Source: a virus
Strand: one strand, 5' to 3'
DNA: 64,000 nucleotides
Virus record (IMG/VR): IMGVR_UViG_3300045988_126112
Location: 32,001 to 96,000 of that record
Of this stretch, positions 33,863 to 42,916 are shown one piece after another. A model generated the notes under the pieces. The model worked only from the letters and a program-made list of their open reading frames with translations, had not been told where the DNA came from and did not search any database. Both the position numbers and the translations under genes were made by a program. Within the stretch, counting starts at the first letter, position 1. Every line of letters begins with the position of its first letter.

Positions 33863-35950
33863 ATGCTAAACCCACTAGATATAAATAAACGTAAACATGA
33901 AGTAGAACAAGCTATATCTCCACAAAATTTATCAATGACTGAACGTTCAGCAAGAAAAGGGTCTATATCTAAAATGGAAGAATGTTTTAAATATTGGAAT
34001 TCTTTTTCAGTAGATGAAACATTATCTTTACATCATACATTAGATATCGTAAAAGAATGTTTATCTCATAATAATGATGACTATGTAAAAGATAAGATAT
34101 CATTTATACTTGAGAATAATCTAATACCTAAACTACACAAAAAAGAATCTTTATTAGAAGTAAATACCTTTTCCATAGATTGTGGTTTACCTAATTTAAA
34201 ACTTCTATCTAAATGTAATGAAATGATTACATATGATAGAATACTTAGAAATCAAAATACTTTAGAAAACGGTATAGAAGTTACATCATATAGAGATTTA
34301 GAGGAATGTGTAATGGATATATGTAATGCATATAATAATTCTGGATTATCTATGAAAGAAAAATATGCTTTAAGTGTTGAGAGTTCATTATATACAAAGT
34401 ATTTATTATCTAATATAATTATGGTAAATGAATCAGATGAAGATATAATAGACTTGGTCGATTTATTTTTTGCTTTAAACTGTAATGAGCAATTTGAATA
34501 TGATAAAATTAATCCTATATCTTTAAATGAAGATATAAATTCTTTTTCATATTCAGTTGTAAATGGAATGATGAGTGGTATGTATATAAATGGTGGATGG
34601 ACTGTAGATCAAATGCTATCTAGATTACCTCATGGAGAACTTAAAAAATATGAAAAAGCTAATAAGTTACATCCTTTAGATGTTATAGACTTAGAGATGT
34701 CTAAATCTATAAGTGCTTATACTAATAATGAAAGTGGTGATTCATATAGAAGTGAATTTATTAAAAAGAAAATAGACGGCAGAAGTTATAATTGCATAGC
34801 TTTTTATGAAAATGCTTCTTTAAGCAAATTATCTATCTTATATAAAAAAGGAGAAAATCTAGTTATAGTTCCTATATATTCTAAATTTGGTGAATCTCAA
34901 CCACTTATTGTAGAAAGAGGAGTAGCTAGAAATCTATATGAAGAAACTGATAATCTAATATATCTTGATGAGAAAAAACTTATGAAGAAATTAGAAAAGA
35001 AAGTTAAATCTATAGACTTTAAGAATATAAAAACTCTAAATGAATTAAAGAAAAAGATAGATAATATGTGTACTAAATTCTTTACTAAGAAAGATACTTC
35101 TATATTAGATGAAGTTCCTGGAGTATTTACTTGTGTAAGAGCTAGTTGTATAGCTGGTGCTTTTGCTGTTCATCCTATGTTTGGTGCTGTTGCTTTTATG
35201 ACTAATAAGTTTATGAAGATGCATTTTGAGAGAAAACAAAAAGATAAAGTTCTTAAACAATATGATGCTGAAATTAAAAAAGTTGAAAGCAAAATAGAGA
35301 AATGTAAAAGCGATAAGACTAAAGAAAACTATAAGAAGTACCTTAAAGAATTAAAAGATAATCGTAGTACTCTTGAAGAATATTATGATCAATTCTTTAC
35401 TGACGATGAATTATATGATAACTTTGACGAATCAACTGAAGTATTAAATGAATTATCACTTACAAATAGTCTTAAATTAGCTAAAGAAAAATTTAAGAAA
35501 AATTTTGTAAAAATGTCAGATAAAGAAAAGAAACTATCTACTCAAATGGATAATGCATACGATAGATTTGTATATCAAGTTGAAAAGAATCTTTCTAATA
35601 AAAATAGAGAAGCAGTTATTAAAGGTTCTTTAATACCTTCATTCTCTGCTATGTTAAAACTTGCAATGGCTGCTGCTACAGTTAGTTTTATAAGTCCAGC
35701 ATTAGCTGGTATAACTGTTATGGGTGGTATAGCTGCATCTAAAAATGCTACAAGAAAAGAAAGAAAATATATATTAGATGAAATAGATATACAATTAGAA
35801 ATTGTAGAAAAGAAACTTCAATTAGCTGAAAATAATAATGACATGAAAGCATATGAACAACTTCTTAGACTAAAAAGACAATTAGAAAGCGAAAAGAACA
35901 GAATTATCTACAAAAGAAAAAGATCTATTGTTGCTACTAAATATAACTAA
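33863..35950 (+). CDS. Large hypothetical protein (695 aa) with hydrophobic helices and a K/E coiled-coil in the C-terminal half
   Basis: AAAGGAGGA SD. Hydrophobic segments are VFTCVRASCIAGAFAVHPMFGAVAFM and PSFSAMLKLAMAAATVSFISPALAGITVMGGIAA. It is the first gene of the block that continues to the scaffold-like and capsid-candidate genes. Confidence 0.8.
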   Translation: MLNPLDINKRKHEVEQAISPQNLSMTERSARKGSISKMEECFKYWNSFSVDETLSLHHTLDIVKECLSHNNDDYVKDKISFILENNLIPKLHKKESLLEVNTFSIDCGLPNLKLLSKCNEMITYDRILRNQNTLENGIEVTSYRDLEECVMDICNAYNNSGLSMKEKYALSVESSLYTKYLLSNIIMVNESDEDIIDLVDLFFALNCNEQFEYDKINPISLNEDINSFSYSVVNGMMSGMYINGGWTVDQMLSRLPHGELKKYEKANKLHPLDVIDLEMSKSISAYTNNESGDSYRSEFIKKKIDGRSYNCIAFYENASLSKLSILYKKGENLVIVPIYSKFGESQPLIVERGVARNLYEETDNLIYLDEKKLMKKLEKKVKSIDFKNIKTLNELKKKIDNMCTKFFTKKDTSILDEVPGVFTCVRASCIAGAFAVHPMFGAVAFMTNKFMKMHFERKQKDKVLKQYDAEIKKVESKIEKCKSDKTKENYKKYLKELKDNRSTLEEYYDQFFTDDELYDNFDESTEVLNELSLTNSLKLAKEKFKKNFVKMSDKEKKLSTQMDNAYDRFVYQVEKNLSNKNREAVIKGSLIPSFSAMLKLAMAAATVSFISPALAGITVMGGIAASKNATRKERKYILDEIDIQLEIVEKKLQLAENNNDMKAYEQLLRLKRQLESEKNRIIYKRKRSIVATKYN

Positions 35951-35962
35951 GGAGGTGATATA

Positions 35963-37063
35963 ATGTTATATAGTGATCTTATAGAAAAATATAGAAGAGA
36001 GTATAGAGCTTTGCATGAAGCTGACGAAGATGAAGAAAAGAAAAAGAATAAAAATCAACCTGATGATGATAACGAAGAGGAAGAAGATGACGAACCACCA
36101 GGAGGGGACACTCCTGATGAACCAGCTACAGATGATGAAGGTGCAGATGAAGAGGAAGAAGATGATGAACCACCAGGAGGAGATGATACTCCTGCAGATG
36201 ATAATCCTGATGAAGATGCAGAGGAAGAAGATGATGAACCACCAGGTGGTGCTGATGATGATACTGATAATGCAGACGAAGAAGAAGACGATGATGAACC
36301 AGATGTAGGAAATGATAATCCTGATGAAGGTGGAGATGAAGAAGAGGAAGATGATGAGCCACCAGGTGGTGCTGTTGATGATGGAGATACAGATACTGGA
36401 GGAGATACTATGGATGATGATGGTGGTGCTCCTACAGATGATGGAGATACTGGTGCTGATACTATGGATGACGATACTGGTGGTGACACCATAGATGATG
36501 GCGATACTGGTGGAGAAGAAAATGATAATACACCTGATGAAGGTGGTGGAGATGATACTGGTGGTGACACTATAGATGGTGGAGGAGATACTGGTGGAGA
36601 TGATACAGGCTCTGATACTATGGATGATGATGGAGATTCTGGAGGAGATGATAAGCCTGATTCAGATGAAGAAGATAATGATAATGCTGATAACTCTGAA
36701 GAAAATCCTATACAACAAATGGAAGATGAAATATTTAAAGATCTTAGTGATTCTCAAAAACAAATAAGAGATTATGAAATGAAAAGTAATTATATAAAAT
36801 TACATGACTCAATAAATGATATATTACAAAGATTAAACAATGTTTATAAAACAGATGAAAACATAAGAATAGTTGATTTTGTTACAAAACAACTAATTTC
36901 TTTAAAAGATATGGTTAAAGATTATTTAACTAAAACTTATATTACTAAAACTTTCCAAGAAAACATGTTATTTTATCAACATTGCTTAGTAATTATGAGT
37001 GATTTAAATAGATTAATAATTGAAATACTTCCAGATTTAGATGGAAATAAACCAGTTTGTTAA
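35963..37063 (+). CDS. Extremely acidic repeat protein, scaffold-like by position
   Basis: Four EEEDDEPPGG units plus many GGDT(M/I)DD units, then a normal-composition C-terminal domain of about 110 aa. Sits directly upstream of the capsid candidate. Confidence 0.6.
   Translation: MLYSDLIEKYRREYRALHEADEDEEKKKNKNQPDDDNEEEEDDEPPGGDTPDEPATDDEGADEEEEDDEPPGGDDTPADDNPDEDAEEEDDEPPGGADDDTDNADEEEDDDEPDVGNDNPDEGGDEEEEDDEPPGGAVDDGDTDTGGDTMDDDGGAPTDDGDTGADTMDDDTGGDTIDDGDTGGEENDNTPDEGGGDDTGGDTIDGGGDTGGDDTGSDTMDDDGDSGGDDKPDSDEEDNDNADNSEENPIQQMEDEIFKDLSDSQKQIRDYEMKSNYIKLHDSINDILQRLNNVYKTDENIRIVDFVTKQLISLKDMVKDYLTKTYITKTFQENMLFYQHCLVIMSDLNRLIIEILPDLDGNKPVC
36070..36660 (+). repeat. In-frame low-complexity coding repeats (GAAGAAGATGATGAACCACCAGGAGG-type units and GGTGA(C/T)ACTAT(A/G)GATGA units)
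   Basis: Repeated EEEDDEPPGG and GGDT(M/I)DD peptide units. They generate spurious ORFs in other frames and on the other strand. Confidence 0.85.
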
Positions 37064-37073
37064 TCAATTTAAT

Positions 37074-37086
37074 AACAATATAATAA
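37074..37086 (+). promoter_or_regulatory. Class-L (AACA-type) promoter-like motif
   Basis: AACAATATAATAA, 47 nt before the capsid-candidate start. Confidence 0.35.
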
Positions 37087-37120
37087 AAATTATGATATAT
37101 ATGAAAGGAGTGTTATAACC

Positions 37121-38872
37121 ATGCCAGTAGTTGGTGAAAAAAAGAAAAAACAATCAAATAATAAGTCATACATGTATGAACCTATTTACGGGCTTTCAAA
37201 AGCTTTCTTAGAATGTGCAAAAGATATATTAAATGAAGGTAGAGTAGATATATTCTCTAATGCTAAATTAGCATGTTTACAAAAAAATACAAATGATTCT
37301 TTAAAAAGATTCTTTATAGAAGAATCTGCTGATAGAGATTCTATGACTGCCGAACAATATGATGATCATATGCTTATGATGGAACAATTATATGAAAATG
37401 ATCGTGATTTATTGCTTGAATATACACCAATGGCTACAGTTAACCCATTAATCGGTACAACTTTACCATTACACAAAAACTTATTAATGAACAATGTGTT
37501 CACTCAAACAAATGCTATACCAAAAGCAGTAGCAGCATCTCCAAAGTGGACAGAATCAATGGAATATAGATATCTTGTAACTCCAGATGGAGAAGAAATA
37601 GATTTCTATACTCAACAACATTTAATGACTAAAGCAGTAGATGCTACAGCTCCATATAAAGAAATAGAACTTAAACTTCCTGAATATGGAGAAACAGATA
37701 TGTTAGATGCTATAGGAGCAAGTTCTATAGACAATTTATCAGTAGATACAATAGTATCTGCAGTTGCTGTACCAGTAACAGAAGTTGCTGATGGACAAGA
37801 AGAAGCAAAAATAGAAGGTGTTGACGGAACTTATATTTGGATGCCAGTTAACATCAAATTTGGTCCTACTTATGGTGAAAATGAAAGAGCTATGGTAGGA
37901 AACATAAGACCAGCATTAACAATTAAAAACTTAAAAGTTGATGGTGATATACAAGACGATATGATCCAAGGTACTATGAATAAAAATAAAATAACAGTAG
38001 TTGGATTAAAAGGAATGGTTAAAGCAGTTAAAATTAGAACTAGAAAAGATACTTCTAATGCAATGCTACCAACTTGTAGTGTAAAATGGAAAGAAATCAC
38101 AGATTTATTCGAAATGCCAAATGCAATTCCAATAAATGTGCCAATCTCTCCAGAAGAAATAAAAGACTATGCTGCATTATATAATATAAATCAATTAACA
38201 AAAATAATGTCTATGATAAAAATAGTATTAGAAAACTATAAAGATGATCATATACTAGAATTCTTAGATAATTCATATGATAGACTAGATCCTAGTCAAA
38301 CTAACTTCTTACAAATTGACTGGGCTCCAAGACATAACTATGCATTAGATCATGTTGAATGGAGACATAAAGTATCATTTGATGCAATTGATACATTTGC
38401 TACTAAATTAGTAAATATATTAAATGATCCAAATGTTACTACAACATTCTTCGGTAGACCTGATTTAATAAGAAAAATAACTCCAACTGAATATTCTTAT
38501 GAATCTCCTAAGAATATAGGACCAGTTACATTAGAGTTCCAAAAGGCTGTACATACTACAGACAACAGAACTTATCAATTCATTTCTTCTCAAAAATTTG
38601 AAAAGAAATATGATTCTAATTTAGCAAATCAATTAATATGTATATTATCACCTAAAAATACTGATAGAATAATATACAAAGAATACGATTATCAAATGTA
38701 TGTAGGTAATGAAATAAGAAATGCTGTAAACTATGCATTACCAGCTGTACATTCATTTGAAAGATGGATGATGACTGAATATCAACCAGTACAAGGTAGA
38801 ATAGAAATACTTAACCCAACTGGAATAGTAGAAAAACCAGCTGTAAACGTTAATATAATAGAAAAACCTTAA
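37121..38872 (+). CDS. Major capsid protein candidate (583 aa)
   Basis: Assigned by position only (after the scaffold-like gene, strong SD, terminator after it). No motif recognised by eye. Confidence 0.4.
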   Translation: MPVVGEKKKKQSNNKSYMYEPIYGLSKAFLECAKDILNEGRVDIFSNAKLACLQKNTNDSLKRFFIEESADRDSMTAEQYDDHMLMMEQLYENDRDLLLEYTPMATVNPLIGTTLPLHKNLLMNNVFTQTNAIPKAVAASPKWTESMEYRYLVTPDGEEIDFYTQQHLMTKAVDATAPYKEIELKLPEYGETDMLDAIGASSIDNLSVDTIVSAVAVPVTEVADGQEEAKIEGVDGTYIWMPVNIKFGPTYGENERAMVGNIRPALTIKNLKVDGDIQDDMIQGTMNKNKITVVGLKGMVKAVKIRTRKDTSNAMLPTCSVKWKEITDLFEMPNAIPINVPISPEEIKDYAALYNINQLTKIMSMIKIVLENYKDDHILEFLDNSYDRLDPSQTNFLQIDWAPRHNYALDHVEWRHKVSFDAIDTFATKLVNILNDPNVTTTFFGRPDLIRKITPTEYSYESPKNIGPVTLEFQKAVHTTDNRTYQFISSQKFEKKYDSNLANQLICILSPKNTDRIIYKEYDYQMYVGNEIRNAVNYALPAVHSFERWMMTEYQPVQGRIEILNPTGIVEKPAVNVNIIEKP

Positions 38873-38896
38873 GGATAAAAAAATAAAGATTATATG

Positions 38897-38927
38897 AGTC
38901 TACACTCTAAATGAGTGTAGACTTTTT
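38897..38927 (+). terminator. Intrinsic terminator after the capsid candidate
   Basis: AGTCTACACTC-TAAAT-GAGTGTAGACT followed by TTTT. Confidence 0.7.
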
Positions 38928-38948
38928 AATTAGAAAGGAGTAAGTTCT

Positions 38949-40136
38949 ATGCCTGTAATATTAATTAAGCCAAGAAAGGTAGTAAGACAGTATAAAAATA
39001 GTGTAAATTGTGCTCCTCTTGAAGATGCTATGAGTAAGATAAAATTAAATCCTACTAATGATAGGCTGACGAATTTAATGAAAGTTCTAAACGATCTATT
39101 TAAAGGAACTGATTGTAAAGGAGTTATATATACTAAAAATACTGATAAACCTTTATTTGGAATGTGTGTTATGCCAGTTATAAATGAAACTGATGTAAAG
39201 AAAATGATATTAGAAAATGACTTTAGTACTTTAAAACAAAACTATTTCTTAGAGTTTGATTCTAAATTATTTGAAATAGGATTAACTACTAGAGAATTAG
39301 TAGCAGTCGTATTACATGAAATAGGTCATATAATACTTGATATAGATAAAGCTGTAGATGAAGTTACTAAATCTTTTTATATGTATCTTCAAAAGAATAT
39401 GGAAACTATAGATATGCAAAGATTTATAAAATATGCAGACTTATTAGCTTTTGGATTTAGAGATGCTATTAGAAAGATAAACAATATATTCTCTGATGAA
39501 GAAACTAATGCCGATTCTTATGCTGTAGCTTTAGGATATGGGCAAGAATTAATAAGTGCATTAAAGAAAATAACTGATAGATGTACTTTATTAAATAAAG
39601 ATTTAGATAATAAACTATTAGTTCTTCAATGGACTCTTAGATTATATAAAAATATGAAACTTAGAAGAATACCAGCTATAAGAACATTAGAAAAAACTTA
39701 TCAAATGACTGGTAGTGAATTAGAAAAAAGAGAAATAAATAAATGTATGAATGCTATAAAACAATATGAATACGATGCAATAGATGAATCAGCTGTTTTA
39801 GAAGAAAAGACTAAGCTATCTATATTTAGAAGATTTAAATATAAAGGAATGCGTGGAATAGAAGACGATTTATATGGATTAACTCTAAGAGTAAAATCAG
39901 TTGATGAACAAGATGAAGCATTAATGATTCTTAGAGATATAAATAGTAGATTAGCTATTCTTGATGACTATATTTCTAGCGAAGATTTAGACCAAAATGA
40001 TTTAGAAAGATGGAACGCAGTAAGAAAGAAATACTTAATGCTTAGAGAGGAACTTTCTAAGAAAACAACATATGATGATAAATACTATGGATTATTTATC
40101 AAAACACCAGTTGTTAAATCAAGATATGAATATTAA
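38949..40136 (+). CDS. Zinc-metallopeptidase-motif protein (395 aa)
   Basis: VVLHEIGHII is an HExxH motif within a hydrophobic helix. AAAGGAGT SD. Confidence 0.5.
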   Translation: MPVILIKPRKVVRQYKNSVNCAPLEDAMSKIKLNPTNDRLTNLMKVLNDLFKGTDCKGVIYTKNTDKPLFGMCVMPVINETDVKKMILENDFSTLKQNYFLEFDSKLFEIGLTTRELVAVVLHEIGHIILDIDKAVDEVTKSFYMYLQKNMETIDMQRFIKYADLLAFGFRDAIRKINNIFSDEETNADSYAVALGYGQELISALKKITDRCTLLNKDLDNKLLVLQWTLRLYKNMKLRRIPAIRTLEKTYQMTGSELEKREINKCMNAIKQYEYDAIDESAVLEEKTKLSIFRRFKYKGMRGIEDDLYGLTLRVKSVDEQDEALMILRDINSRLAILDDYISSEDLDQNDLERWNAVRKKYLMLREELSKKTTYDDKYYGLFIKTPVVKSRYEY

Positions 40137-40165
40137 GAGCTTAGGTAATTCCTAAGCTCTTTTTT
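40137..40165 (+). terminator. Intrinsic terminator
   Basis: AGAGCTTAGG-TAAT-TCCTAAGCTCT followed by TTTTT. Confidence 0.8.
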
Positions 40166-40186
40166 AATTACTAAACATCTTTTTAA

Positions 40187-40204
40187 TCATATATTATATA
40201 GGTG
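40187..40204 (+). promoter_or_regulatory. Class-A phage promoter-like motif
   Basis: TCATATATTATATAGGTG, upstream of 40237. Confidence 0.55.
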
Positions 40205-40236
40205 AAATAAAATAAATATATTGGAGGTAATACAAT

Positions 40237-40821
40237 ATGAATAATTTTGAAGTACAACAAAAAGAAATAAGTGATGAAAAATATTTAGCATCAATAATGA
40301 ATAAAATGATGTCACTAGAACGTTATGTAGATGTATGTAGTAAAGCAAAAGAGATGGGCATTTCAACTAAAGAAATGATATCTTTTGTTGATGATTTTTA
40401 TGGAGAACCAAATATTTGTAATCATGAAGTATCATTTGATTGTAATGTATTTGAATATACATATTCAAATGGAGTTAAAGATGGAGTAAAATGTAGAATG
40501 TGTAATCATAAAATGAAATTAGAAACTTTTGATTTAGCAGTAAAATTAGGATTAGGTAATAAAATTATTGATATAAATAAGGAGGAAGAAACAATGAAAA
40601 AATATTTAATATTAGGGCAATTTAATGATGGAAGTACAGGTATGATGTATGCTATAATAAATGCCAATGATGATTTAGAAGCTATGAAAAAAGTAGAAAA
40701 ATCATTAGAAGATGGACATGTAAATACAGATATAATATCAGTAATGAGTCCTATTGAAATAACTGATTCAGATCAAGTTAATTTTGTTATCCCTAGTGGA
40801 ATAACAAAATTAGATTTCTAG
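40237..40821 (+). CDS. Hypothetical Cys-rich protein with a strong in-frame internal start (40594)
   Basis: The N-part has CNHEVSFDC...CRMCNH. AAGGAGGAAGAA lies 5 nt before the in-frame ATG at 40594 (MKKYLILGQFNDG...). Confidence 0.7.
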   Translation: MNNFEVQQKEISDEKYLASIMNKMMSLERYVDVCSKAKEMGISTKEMISFVDDFYGEPNICNHEVSFDCNVFEYTYSNGVKDGVKCRMCNHKMKLETFDLAVKLGLGNKIIDINKEEETMKKYLILGQFNDGSTGMMYAIINANDDLEAMKKVEKSLEDGHVNTDIISVMSPIEITDSDQVNFVIPSGITKLDF

Positions 40822-40830
40822 TCTTTAAAG

Positions 40831-40863
40831 AAATAGAGAGTTGAAAGACTCTCTATTTTTTTT
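40831..40863 (+). terminator. Intrinsic terminator
   Basis: AAATAGAGAGT-TGAAAG-ACTCTCTATTT followed by TTTTT. Confidence 0.8.
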
Positions 40864-40902
40864 AATTACATATATGACTTAATATAAAGGGAGGTATAAT
40901 AT

Positions 40903-41265
40903 ATGGGACAATTAACAGATATACTTAATAAGGCAAAAGAAAGAGATAAGATGGTACAATATGCAAATAAGTATAAAGCATACATAGCAACAATAACTAT
41001 GATTGTAAAAGATGAAAATGATGAAGAAGTTAAAATTGATTTAATTCATCCTATACTTGCAGAGAGTGAAAAGCAAGCTCATGATATACTACAAATGCTA
41101 ACATCTTATGATAACTTTACAAAAGATGCTAATTTAAATTGGGTATTGGATTATTCCAATAGAAAAGAAAACTTATCAAAAACAGTTTTGAAAAATATTG
41201 CAACATGTGATTTCAAACTGGAATCTAATTTAGGAGAGGAAGGTGCAGCATATGTCATTAACTGA
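40903..41265 (+). CDS. Hypothetical protein (120 aa)
   Basis: AAGGGAGGT SD. Confidence 0.8.
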   Translation: MGQLTDILNKAKERDKMVQYANKYKAYIATITMIVKDENDEEVKIDLIHPILAESEKQAHDILQMLTSYDNFTKDANLNWVLDYSNRKENLSKTVLKNIATCDFKLESNLGEEGAAYVIN

Positions 41266-41467
41266 AATAGTACAAAAATATGAGATAGGAAAAAATAAAA
41301 AAGAAGTGGTTATTTTATGTGTTCCTAAACACTTAGCAAGTGATGTTGAAAGTGTTCTTGTGGATGGATATGTTACAACAATTAGAAATAATGATGTAAT
41401 ATTCCATATATATAATATTGAACAACTTTCCAGAAGAACTGGAATTAATTTTAATTATAAATATTAG
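41252..41467 (+). CDS. Hypothetical protein (71 aa)
   Basis: GGAGAGGAAGG precedes the ATG at 41252 (GTG at 41243 is an alternative); overlaps the upstream gene. Confidence 0.65.
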   Translation: MSLTEIVQKYEIGKNKKEVVILCVPKHLASDVESVLVDGYVTTIRNNDVIFHIYNIEQLSRRTGINFNYKY

Positions 41468-41478
41468 GAGGTAATGTT

Positions 41479-42219
41479 ATGGCATTTAATAACAATAATA
41501 ATGAAGAAAAAAGATATGAAGAAGTATATTCACCTTTAAATCTATACTCACCAGATAGATCTAAAGTATTAGGATTTGACTTTGTTTTACAAGGAATTCT
41601 AAGAATGAAAATAACTCCAAGAAATGGTAATGGAGTTGGATATGATAATAGTAAATCAGTATCTATTTATCTATCTGTAAATCAAGCTGTTGTTTTATCA
41701 CAAGCATTATCAATGCTTAGAGAAAAAATAAGAAATAATCAAGCTTGTAATATTGGTTGTACAAATAATAAAAAATTAGCTAATGTAGTATTTGAATCTA
41801 TACCAGATTCTAGTGGATTAGCTAAAATAACTTGTACAATAAATACATTTAATAATGGAGCTATAGCTAAAACAGCTACAATAGATTTTAAAAATGATGA
41901 ATATATAGTACAAGATTTTGATGCCAATACAATGAATCATACAACAGTAAATATGTCTGATGTACCAGTAGTTCTTATACAAAATCTATTAAATGAATAT
42001 GTAAAAGCAATGACAGGTGCAGCAGCTTATGGAGTACATTATTGTGTAGGTCAATATAAATATGACAAAAGAAAAATAAAAGACGCATTACTAGGTGGTG
42101 GGCAAAAACAACTTGGTAATTCACAACAACAAAACAATAATTCTATATTTAATCAAGATAAAGGTTCATCAAATGAATTTGTTTCTACAAATGATTCATT
42201 TGATGAATTCTTTGATTAA
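41479..42219 (+). CDS. Hypothetical protein with SSB-like architecture (folded N-domain, Q/N/G-rich linker, acidic-aromatic C-terminal tip)
   Basis: The C-terminus ...GGGQKQLGNSQQQNNNSIFNQDKGSSNEFVSTNDSFDEFFD resembles the disordered linker plus acidic tip of ssDNA-binding proteins. No OB-fold motif could be verified by eye. Confidence 0.3.
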   Translation: MAFNNNNNEEKRYEEVYSPLNLYSPDRSKVLGFDFVLQGILRMKITPRNGNGVGYDNSKSVSIYLSVNQAVVLSQALSMLREKIRNNQACNIGCTNNKKLANVVFESIPDSSGLAKITCTINTFNNGAIAKTATIDFKNDEYIVQDFDANTMNHTTVNMSDVPVVLIQNLLNEYVKAMTGAAAYGVHYCVGQYKYDKRKIKDALLGGGQKQLGNSQQQNNNSIFNQDKGSSNEFVSTNDSFDEFFD

Positions 42220-42226
42220 AAGGAAT

Positions 42227-42257
42227 AAAGGGAGATTAAGTTCTCCCTTTATTTTTT
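42227..42257 (+). terminator. Intrinsic terminator
   Basis: AAAGGGAGA-TTAAGT-TCTCCCTTT followed by ATTTTTT. Confidence 0.8.
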
Positions 42258-42273
42258 GTTTAGGAGGGAATTT

Positions 42274-42903
42274 ATGGATAATGGTTTAAATATATTTATC
42301 GAATTTGAAATGCTATTTGATGAAGATTATGGATTAATAAGAACTCTTGTAAATAAATTTAAAAATAGTCAATATCTAAATACTGAATACTTAAAGCATG
42401 TATCATTTAAAAACTTAATAAATGATTTATTAACACAAGAAGTTAGAGATCCTTTAAAATTAGCAATAGCTGATGGAATAAATTATCAATCTATATATGA
42501 TGATATAGAAAAAGATGATAAATTTAAAGAGTTAATAGTTAAAAATAGTTATCCTTTAAAGAAAATGATATCATGTATGAAATATTCAAAAGCTCTTTCA
42601 TTAGATGATTCATATACAGTAACAGTTTGCTGTAATAATAAATATGAAGTAGAAAGACTAAAGGATATAGGATTTAAAGTTGATGTAATTATGTATGAGC
42701 CTGATTTAGATTTAAGTAAATATGATTGCTTATATTTAAAAGAAGGAATACATTTAAAAAGTAAATATAAAAATGTATCACAAAAACATATTTATATAGC
42801 GAATTACAATTACAATTGTGATTCTAATAAAGATTTGCTACCTAAGAATGAAATAATAGCTTATTCTATAGATAGCGATTTAAAAATTATAGATATATAC
42901 TAG
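42274..42903 (+). CDS. Hypothetical protein (209 aa)
   Basis: TAGGAGGGA lies 6 nt before the ATG at 42274. Confidence 0.8.
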   Translation: MDNGLNIFIEFEMLFDEDYGLIRTLVNKFKNSQYLNTEYLKHVSFKNLINDLLTQEVRDPLKLAIADGINYQSIYDDIEKDDKFKELIVKNSYPLKKMISCMKYSKALSLDDSYTVTVCCNNKYEVERLKDIGFKVDVIMYEPDLDLSKYDCLYLKEGIHLKSKYKNVSQKHIYIANYNYNCDSNKDLLPKNEIIAYSIDSDLKIIDIY

Positions 42904-42916
42904 AGGAGGAAGTATT

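Noticed and set aside
33863-35950. I considered calling this 695-aa ORF, or one of 3948, 45525 or 48363, the chimallin nuclear-shell protein or the portal protein because a tubulin is present and the size fits.
   Set aside because: I cannot recall or recognise any diagnostic chimallin or portal motif in these translations. The 695-aa protein has hydrophobic helices atypical of both. The question is left open under the tubulin finding.
36015-36767. Five overlapping alternative-frame or antisense ORFs inside the acidic-repeat gene (36015-36308, 36055-36570 minus strand, 36126-36362 minus strand, 36312-36494, 36576-36767).
   Set aside because: These are artefacts of the GAA/GAT/GGT-rich repeats, which lack stops in several frames. 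Their translations are homopolymer-like (poly-S/P, M/K/L). Only frame 35963-37063 has an SD and a normal C-terminal domain.
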